Shown here: positions 26,350 through 35,347 of the stretch, piece after piece | How positions within the stretch are numbered: the stretch's first letter is position 1 | Layout of the letters: every line of letters begins with the position of its first letter | Assembly: GCA_964016885.1 (NCBI GenBank) | Contig: OZ024747.1 | Location: forward strand, 65,658,001-65,722,000 | Reading direction: 5' to 3' | Source of the DNA: Eledone cirrhosa | Lineage: Eukaryota | DNA: 64,000 nucleotides | Notes under the pieces: generated by a model | The model's database searches: none | Seen by the model: the letters and a program-made list of their open reading frames with translations, nothing else | Told to the model about the DNA's origin: nothing | Program-made: the position numbers and the translations under genes

Positions 26350-27230
26350 AAACTATGAATAAAATGGCAAGCTGTGTGGTTGCATTTAAGTATAATGAAA
26401 AGAAAAGTTATGGGCAAAAGAGGGCAATATCCATCGTCAGTTGTCTGCTAGGAATCATAGGCATTTCTTCGCGTTAGAGACAAGATGCCTCAACCTAGGG
26501 CGAACAATAACTAAAATAAGTTATTGGAATAAAAAAAGGGGGAGAGAGAAAAATGGATACACACATGAAGGGTGAAGAAACGAAAAGAGGAAAAATCAAG
26601 TCAACAACTCATTTTGAACATAAGTTCTGGTGGGTTTAACGAGAAAAAAAAATACATGTCTTCACTGTAGCAGTGTGAGTGAGAGAAGAGACTGCTTTAG
26701 AAGTGGCAGGTTAGCCGAGAGAAGGTGACTAGCAGAAGAGGGAGAAGGGGGAGAGAGAGCATAGCAACAAGGGGATAGAAGAGAGATGGGTCACAACTGA
26801 GAAGAAAACTATGTGAATAAAATGGCAAGCTGTGTGGTTGCATTGAAATATAATCAAAATAAAAGTTACGGGCAAAAGAGGGCAATATCCATCGTCAGTT
26901 GTCTGCTAGGAATCATAGGCATTTCTTCGCGTTAGAGACAAGATGCCTCAACCTAGGGCGAACAATAACTAAAATAAGTTATTGGGATAAAAAAGAGGGG
27001 AGAGAGAGAGAAAAATATAAACAGACACAAAGGCTGAAGCAACAAAAAGAAAGGAAAAAAAAAAAAAAAAAAAAAAAAAAAATCGAGTGAACAATTGATT
27101 TCGAACACAAGTTCTGGCGGGTTTGATAAGAAAAAAAGACACATTCACTGTAGAAGTGTGAGCAAGAGAAGAGACAGTTACGGACGAGGAAGGAAGTGAG
27201 CTAGCGGAGGAGTGAGTGAAAATAAGAGAA
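26350..27230 (+). repeat. Tandem duplication of a ~458-bp unit
   Basis: An essentially identical ~115-bp core, gggcaaaagagggcaatatcc...aaataagttattgg, at ~26412 and ~26870, with more diverged flanks. Confidence 0.85.
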
Positions 27231-27321
27231 AGCCAGAAACATACATATATATATATATATATATATACATACAAATATATGCATATATACATACATATAA
27301 ATATATACATATATACATATA

Positions 27322-27928
27322 TATGGTGGTTGCCAACTCTTTTTCGAGTACGGCCCCTACTTTATATCCATGTAGGAGAACCCCTACCGATGGGCTGAAC
27401 GAGTGTGACGTTTTAGTCCAGCCAGTGACTTGAAAACTCTGGTACAAACACTACACTTGTGACAATTATTGACAGTGCTGGGCCAATCGTACCATGTGAC
27501 GACAAGTGCAGAGAGATCTCCAGATATAAAGCAATGCCTGTGCTGTGAAGCTTTTATAGTGAGCAAAGGCACTGCACAAAGCCAGTCCCACTCTCTTAAC
27601 CGAGATGATATTTACCAAAAAGAAGAACAAGACAACATCATTGGATACCATCAGGGTTTCAGGTGTTATATCAGAGTTTTCTTCTCCTAGAATTCTGCCT
27701 TGACACAGGCTAAGGGGTCATCTCTCCCGGTGATTTTGGATGGCCATTGACTCTTAAGAGCTCCTTTGCCCTTTGACAGGTTTTGTTTTTAGTCCTGCAG
27801 GATGTCCAAAGTCACCCTCCTCACCAAGAAACCTTAGTGGGGTTGCCAGTTTAGTCGCCAACGACCCGACCAGGAGACAGGTTGTACTGGGATACATGTT
27901 ACCAGTAGCACCAACTGGTGACCTGACA
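27322..27928 (-). mobile_element. Internally deleted RTE-like element with C-terminal C2H2 zinc finger
   Basis: Minus-strand CSVCTRVFKSLAGLKRHTRSAHR* just before a short 3'UTR and TA tail; RTE-type 5'UTR (ggcgactaaactggcaacccca). Confidence 0.6.
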
Positions 27929-27946
27929 TAATATATATGTATGTAC

Positions 27947-27983
<37 letters not shown>

Positions 27984-27984
27984 A

Positions 27985-28425
27985 GTGAGATGCGCGATGC
28001 TGCATGGTAGTGAGACATGGACAGCAACTGCAGAGGGTATGCGATGGCTGGAGAGAAAGGAAGCAAGCACGCTCCGTTGGATGTGCAATGTCAATGTGCG
28101 GGAACGACCAAGCATAAACGAGTTGAGAGAGAAACTGTGTTTAAGAGGGATAAGTTGTGGTGTGCAAGAGAGGACTGAGATGGTATGGACATGTGATGCG
28201 CATGGAGGTTGAGCGCTGGGTAAAGAAGGGAGACGCAGTAGAGGAAGACCACGAAAAACATGGGTGGAGGTGGTGAGAGCCGACTTCAGATCGCTGAAAC
28301 TCACCAAGGAGATGACGAAGGACCGTGACAAGTGAAGAGATGCTTTGCTCAAGAGGACCTGTCCCACCCTTTCAAGCAGGGAAAAGCGGACGTAAAATGA
28401 TGAACAGACGATGATAATGATGCTC
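27985..28425 (+). mobile_element. RTE 3' end (LHGSETW...GRRSRGRPRKTW, ATG-repeat tail); recurs in each unit (e.g. 31690-32130)
   Basis: Protein motifs of the RTE ORF2 C-terminus; tail aaatgatgaacagacgatgataatgatg. Confidence 0.9.
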
Positions 28426-28486
28426 TCTATATATCTATCTCTCTATCAATCTATCCAGATATCTGTGCATCAGTCTATCTATTTAC

Positions 28487-28745
28487 CTGCACTTCTCACT
28501 CCGTCTCAGGATCACCGAGACATCACCAACAACCAACCCACGCTGTGGGAAACAGTCCTCCCCGGGGCACACCCTGGTACTTCACACCATCTGTCTGTCT
28601 CGCTGCCTAACTACCGAGAAATCCGGCTTCTGTGCTTGCCTAATTTGTAGGTTATTAGGCAGTTGGCAGGTTTGCGGAAGTTGGTTTTGCAAATGGTTAA
28701 AACACTTGCATCACGAAATTCAAATAGCATCACTCCTTGTTTTAT
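28487..28745 (-). mobile_element. Inverted, diverged copy of the RTE APE segment (left arm of the long inverted repeat); one per unit
   Basis: The reverse complement aligns to 29010-29271 at ~79% identity (hand alignment). Confidence 0.9.
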
Positions 28746-28746
28746 C

Positions 28747-28865
28747 TTTCTCGTCTTTACCTAGGCCTGCATAAGTTAGTGTTACGGTTAGTGTTACTGT
28801 TAGCGTTACGGCTAGTTTTAGGGTTAATTGAGAGCAAGAAACTGCTGCTAGGTAAAGACAAGAAA
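28747..28865. mobile_element. MITE-like element: 18-bp TIR around degenerate (GTTAGG)-like repeats; one per unit
   Basis: tttctcgtctttacctag ... ctaggtaaagacaagaaa (1 mismatch), with internal gttagtgttacggttagtgttactgttagcgttacgg. Confidence 0.6.
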
Positions 28866-28869
28866 TTCT

Positions 28870-29830
28870 GCATTTACAAGCAATTTTTACAAACAGCCAC
28901 AATGACAGGACGGAGACATCGTTATGCTAGCAGGGGATTTCAATGGTCATGTTGGACAGCTCTACGATGGTTACACTGAGGTACATGTTGGGCACACTTA
29001 CGGCTTAAGAAATGAAGCAGTGAAACTTCTTGAATTTTGCGATGCAATTGCACTAACCATCTACAACACTAACTTACACAAATCTGCCAACCACCTAATA
29101 ACCTACAAATCAGGCAAGCACATAAGCCAGATTGACTTCTTGCTAGTTAGGCAGCGGGACAGGCAGATGGTGTCAAATACAAAGGCATACCCCGGGGAAG
29201 AATGTACCCCACAGCATAGGTTAGTCGTTAGTGATATCTCATTAAGCAAGAGACTGAATGAGACATACAGGAAGGTGTGGAAAAAAGAAAGGTCTGGAAG
29301 CTAAAAGAGCTCTCACTAAAATACAAATTTAGGAAAGCCCTTCAATATGTGTATGATGAAAAAGAAGACGATTTAGAGTCGTACAACATAGATGATAACT
29401 GGAATTTCTTATGCGATACCTTACTGCAGGTTACTGATGAAACTTGTGGCTGGATCAGAGTTCCAACCAGACAGAGAGTGACATGGTGGTGGGACAGCAC
29501 GGTAGATCGGGCCATTGGAGACTAAAGACTAGCATGGAATGCTTGCAAAATTAGTGCGAGTAGAGAAGAATATACAGCCGCTAAGAGAGAAGCTAGACGT
29601 CAGGTGTACTTAGCATGCAAGGAGGCTGCTCGACGACGTGCGCTGTTCCGTACTGCAAGGCAGTGTGTCAGTGAAAATCGGGATTAAGTCTGTCCGCAAT
29701 GATGCCGCTGTACTTTGTGTCACGAATGAGTGTTGATGAGTAGAAAAGAGGACAAAACTCTATTCCGTCAGGGAAATGGCCATGTTCGATATGCAGAAAC
29801 GGAACTGGCATAAATTATATAAAACGTACA
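28870..29830 (+). mobile_element. RTE APE endonuclease plus linker fragment, fused to a post-RT Cys-rich piece; one per unit
   Basis: LAGDFNGHVG, SQIDFLLVR, CTPQHRLVVSD and TWWWDS; 29730-29830 encodes ...SGKWPCSICR; frameshifts and stops are present. Confidence 0.92.
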
Positions 29831-29982
29831 CAAAAGATCGAGTGCGATAGCAGGCACGTAGTGGGATAGCAGGCAAACTAACAGCATATTTTGATTATAA
29901 TAAAACAAATAATAATAGTAATAATAATAATAATAATCGTCATTGTTCTTTTCTTCTGTGCCTTTCTTTGCCTTCTCTGTCA

Positions 29983-30599
29983 TCTGAATAACAAAAATAA
30001 AAGAAAAAAAGAATCTTAAACATATGTTGCCTTTACAAAGTGCTGTGATCAAAGTAGCTTTTAAGCAATTTCCTAACTAACAAACAACATCAACAAAATA
30101 TATACAAATATCTTTGAATGTCAAGTCCACCAAGAGAAAATAGTCATAATGTACTTACAGATACAATGCTAGGGACTCGCATCAATGAGTTTTAGTAGAA
30201 AATGACTGACTGACTGTTGAGGGACAGAGGTGTGTTTTCAAATATTTATCAATTCACAACAAAGCCTCACAAAGCTACATCATAATGCAAACTCACAACA
30301 CCCTTCTTATGCAACCTCACCAAGCAACCCCACAACACAACCTCACGTTCACAATTCACAACACTCAACAAGGCATTCGTTATCTAGGGTTTACAGTAAA
30401 CATAGCGAGGTAAAACACACCCAGTACACTCTGTAAAGTGGTCATTAGGTTAAGATTAAACTGAAATCATACCTCCATTGTCGTTGGCGTATATTTTCTC
30501 TAAAACTTAATTTCATTGCTTTCATTTCTCTTCTTTTTCTTCTATTCCATCTAAATATGAAAAAAATTATACAGGTCATTTCGTCTTATCAAGAGGTCC

Positions 30600-30635
<36 letters not shown>

Positions 30636-30720
30636 GAGATAATACCTTAAAATAATGGTAAAAAAAGTGTTTAATTACGAAAATCCTTTGAAATAACTTC
30701 CTCGCTCTTACTGGTCATAC
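29983..30720 (-). other. Cluster of candidate non-coding exons (30646-30720, 30473-30550, 30159-30213, and one starting at 29983); one set per unit
   Basis: Acceptors: ctctaac...tgttttgtgttttgcag, tttttttcatatttag, cctctgtccctcaacag and tttttttcttttatttttgttattcag. Donors: AAG|GTATTA, GAG|GTATGA and TCT|GTAAGT. They alternate correctly, all on the minus strand. Confidence 0.5.
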
Positions 30721-30899
30721 CTGCAAAACACAAAACACTAGCGTTAGAGTGAACAGTGCAGTGCAGTGCAGTGCAGTGCAGTGTAGTGTAGTGTAATTTA
30801 GTATGGTGCAGTTTAGTGGCACAGTACACTGTAAAACATTTAGCCAATCTCTCAGACATTTACAAATCTTTCAAGATATATATATATATATATATATAT

Positions 30900-31405
30900 A
30901 TGGGAGAGAGAGAAATTACCCTCAGTAGATCAGACAGAGGGACCAGCTATTGAGATTAACGAATATAGGGTCCAAGAGGCGATTAAGGAAATGAAAAATG
31001 GTGAGGCTGCTGGACCATCGGAGATAGTTGCTGAGATGCTGAAGGCCTCAGGGGACGTAGGCACTAAACTGGTTGCACACATCATCAATCAGGCTATATA
31101 TGGCAGTGTCATACCCAAAGACTAGTGCAAAAGTAAAGGGGACGCTCTTGAGAGGAGAAATTATAGGGATATAAAACTGATGGATCAGGTTATGAAAGTG
31201 GCAGAAAGGATATTAGCACAACTAATTAGAGAAAGGGTCAAACTAGATGAGATGCAGTTTGGTTTTGTGCCTGGGAATAGTACAACAGATGCCCTCTTCT
31301 TGATGAGACAATTACAAGAGAGGTTCTTAGAGAAAAATAAGCCACTATACTTAGCCTTTGTTGACCTAGAGAAGGCCTTTGATAGGGTACGCCGATCTGT
31401 CATCT
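30900..31405 (+). mobile_element. RTE RT N-terminal fragment; one per unit
   Basis: GEAAGPSEIVAEMLKASG, MQFGFVPGNSTTDA and RQLQE...LYLAFVDLEKAFDRV; truncated before YADD. Confidence 0.93.
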
Positions 31406-31409
31406 TATT

Positions 31410-31565
31410 ATTTAACCTATAAATGGGGCCCCAACAGGTACTACTACACCAGGCCAGAGCAGACCTGGGAGTTATGACAACTAAGGGGGTAACTCCACGT
31501 TCCCCACAGTTCCTCCTGAACTTGAGCCTTGCCACTGGATGTAGTTTAATGTCATACCCAGGACA
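31410..31565 (-). mobile_element. Antisense insertion of an RTE-type 5'UTR fragment (same family as 22310-22462); one per unit
   Basis: Highly similar to 22310-22462 (ccagagcagacctgggagttatgacaactaagggg...ggatgtagtttaatgtcatacccaggaca). Confidence 0.8.
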
Positions 31566-31600
31566 AATATATACATACATATATATATATATATATACAT

Positions 31601-31643
<43 letters not shown>

Positions 31644-34303
31644 TACAAATATATATATGCGTACGAAAGTGTGGTTACATGATGCCTATGCGAGATGTGC
31701 GACCCTGCATGGTAGTGAGACATGGACAGCAACTGCAGAGGGTATGCGATGGCTGGAGAGAAAGGAAGCAAGCACGCTCCGTTGGATGTGCAATGTCAAT
31801 GTGCGGGAACGACCAAGCATAAACGAGTTGAGAGAGAAACTGTGTTTAAGAGGGATAAGTTGTGGTGTGCAAGAGAGGACTGAGATGGTATGGACATGTG
31901 ATGCGCATGGAGGTTGAGCGCTGGGTAAAGAAGGGAGACGCAGTAGAGGAAGACCACGAAAAACATGGGCGGAGGTGGTGAGAGCCGACTTCAGATCGCT
32001 GAAACTCACCAAGGAGATGACGAAGGACCGTGACAAGTGAAGAGATGCTTTGCTCAAGAGGACCTGTCCCACCCTTTCAAGCAGGGAAAAGCGGACGTAA
32101 AATGATGAACAGACGATGATAATGATGCTCTCTATATATCTATCTCTCTATCAATCTATCCAGATATCTGTGCATCAGTCTATCTATTTACCTGCACTTC
32201 TCACTCCGTCTCAGGATCACCGAGACATCACCAACAACCAACCCACGCTGTGGGAAACAGTCCTCCCCGGGGCACACCCTGGTACTTCACACCATCTGTC
32301 TGTCTCGCTGCCTAACTACCGAGAAATCCGGCTTCTGTGCTTGCCTAATTTGTAGGTTATTAGGCAGTTGGCAGGTTTGCGGAAGTTGGTTTTGCAAATG
32401 GTTAAAACACTTGCATCACGAAATTCAAATAGCATCACTCCTTGTTTTATCTTTCTCGTCTTTACCTAGGCCTGCATAAGTTAGTGTTACGGTTAGTGTT
32501 ACTGTTAGCGTTACGGCTAGTTTTAGGGTTAATTGAGAGCAAGAAACTGCTGCTAGGTAAAGACAAGAAATTCTGCATTTACAAGCAATTTTTACAAACA
32601 GCCACAATGACAGGACGGAGACATCGTTATGCTAGCAGGGGATTTCAATGGTCATGTTGGACAGCTCTACGATGGTTACACTGAGGTACATGTTGGGCAC
32701 ACTTACGGCTTAAGAAATGAAGCAGTGAAACTTCTTGAATTTTGCGATGCAATTGCACTAACCATCTACAACACTAACTTACACAAATCTGCCAACCACC
32801 TAATAACCTACAAATCAGGCAAGCACATAAGCCAGATTGACTTCTTGCTAGTTAGGCAGCGGGACAGGCAGATGGTGTCAAATACAAAGGCATACCCCGG
32901 GGAAGAATGTACCCCACAGCATAGGTTAGTCGTTAGTGATATCTCATTAAGCAAGAGACTGAATGAGACATACAGGAAGGTGTGGAAAAAAGAAAGGTCT
33001 GGAAGCTAAAAGAGCTCTCACTAAAATACAAATTTAGGAAAGCCCTTCAATATGTGTATGATGAAAAAGAAGACGATTTAGAGTCGTACAACATAGATGA
33101 TAACTGGAATTTCTTATGCGATACCTTACTGCAGGTTACTGATGAAACTTGTGGCTGGATCAGAGTTCCAACCAGACAGAGAGTGACATGGTGGTGGGAC
33201 AGCACGGTAGATCGGGCCATTGGAGACTAAAGACTAGCATGGAATGCTTGCAAAATTAGTGCGAGTAGAGAAGAATATACAGCCGCTAAGAGAGAAGCTA
33301 GACGTCAGGTGTACTTAGCATGCAAGGAGGCTGCTCGACGACGTGCGCTGTTCCGTACTGCAAGGCAGTGTGTCAGTGAAAATCGGGATTAAGTCTGTCC
33401 GCAATGATGCCGCTGTACTTTGTGTCACGAATGAGTGTTGATGAGTAGAAAAGAGGACAAAACTCTATTCCGTCAGGGAAATGGCCATGTTCGATATGCA
33501 GAAACGGAACTGGCATAAATTATATAAAACGTACACAAAAGATCGAGTGCGATAGCAGGCACGTAGTGGGATAGCAGGCAAACTAACAGCATATTTTGAT
33601 TATAATAAAACAAATAATAATAGTAATAATAATAATAATAATCGTCATTGTTCTTTTCTTCTGTGCCTTTCTTTGCCTTCTCTGTCATCTGAATAACAAA
33701 AATAAAAGAAAAAAAGAATCTTAAACATATGTTGCCTTTACAAAGTGCTGTGATCAAAGTAGCTTTTAAGCAATTTCCTAACTAACAAACAACATCAACA
33801 AAATATATACAAATATCTTTGAATGTCAAGTCCACCAAGAGAAAATAGTCATAATGTACTTACAGATACAATGCTAGGGACTCGCATCAATGAGTTTTAG
33901 TAGAAAATGACTGACTGACTGTTGAGGGACAGAGGTGTGTTTTCAAATATTTATCAATTCACAACAAAGCCTCACAAAGCTACATCATAATGCAAACTCA
34001 CAACACCCTTCTTATGCAACCTCACCAAGCAACCCCACAACACAACCTCACGTTCACAATTCACAACACTCAACAAGGCATTCGTTATCTAGGGTTTACA
34101 GTAAACATAGCGAGGTAAAACACACCCAGTACACTCTGTAAAGTGGTCATTAGGTTAAGATTAAACTGAAATCATACCTCCATTGTCGTTGGCGTATATT
34201 TTCTCTAAAACTTAATTTCATTGCTTTCATTTCTCTTCTTTTTCTTCTATTCCATCTAAATATGAAAAAAATTATACAGGTCATTTCGTCTTATCAAGAG
34301 GTC

Positions 34304-34342
<39 letters not shown>

Positions 34343-35304
34343 GAGATAATACCTTAAAATAATGGTAAAAAAAGTGTTTAATTACGAAAATCCTTTGAAA
34401 TAACTTCCTCGCTCTTACTGGTCATACCTGCAAAACACAAAACACTAGCGTTAGAGTGAACAGTGCAGTGCAGTGCAGTGCAGTGTAGTGTAGTGTAATT
34501 TAGTATGGTGCAGTTTAGTGGCACAGTACACTGTAAAACATTTAGCCAATCTCTCAGACATTTACAAATCTTTCAAGATATATATATATATATATATATA
34601 TATATGGGAGAGAGAGAAATTACCCTCAGTAGATCAGACAGAGGGACCAGCTATTGAGATTAACGAATATAGGGTCCAAGAGGCGATTAAGGAAATGAAA
34701 AATGGTGAGGCTGCTGGACCATCGGAGATAGTTGCTGAGATGCTGAAGGCCTCAGGGGACGTAGGCACTAAACTGGTTGCACACATCATCAATCAGGCTA
34801 TATATGGCAGTGTCATACCCAAAGACTAGTGCAAAAGTAAAGGGGACGCTCTTGAGAGGAGAAATTATAGGGATATAAAACTGATGGATCAGGTTATGAA
34901 AGTGGCAGAAAGGATATTAGCACAACTAATTAGAGAAAGGGTCAAACTAGATGAGATGCAGTTTGGTTTTGTGCCTGGGAATAGTACAACAGATGCCCTC
35001 TTCTTGATGAGACAATTACAAGAGAGGTTCTTAGAGAAAAATAAGCCACTATACTTAGCCTTTGTTGACCTAGAGAAGGCCTTTGATAGGGTACGCCGAT
35101 CTGTCATCTTATTATTTAACCTATAAATGGGGCCCCAACAGGTACTACTACACCAGGCCAGAGCAGACCTGGGAGTTATGACAACTAAGGGGGTAACTCC
35201 ACGTTCCCCACAGTTCCTCCTGAACTTGAGCCTTGCCACTGGATGTAGTTTAATGTCATACCCAGGACAAATATATACATACATATATATATATATATAT
35301 ACAT

Positions 35305-35347
<43 letters not shown>

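Noticed and set aside
28775-28826. True telomeric tract
   Set aside because: Only degenerate 6-mers, enclosed by a TIR, with a single exact TTAGGG.
29768-30052. 94-aa minus-strand poly-Tyr ORF
   Set aside because: The poly-Tyr comes from a (TAA)n microsatellite and the N-terminus is a polypyrimidine tract.
30604-30633. A30 run as the poly(A) tail of a retrocopy
   Set aside because: No upstream AATAAA or target-site duplication is seen; it falls in a predicted minus-strand intron as a T-run.
31423-31917. 164-aa ORF in array units
   Set aside because: A chimera of an antisense UTR, a TA microsatellite and the RTE C-terminus; its frame changes between units with TA length.
28870-32130. Array unit as an intact, active RTE element or a retron-like RT system
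   Set aside because: APE and RT are broken by stops, frameshifts and insertions, the catalytic YADD region is absent, and one piece is out of order.
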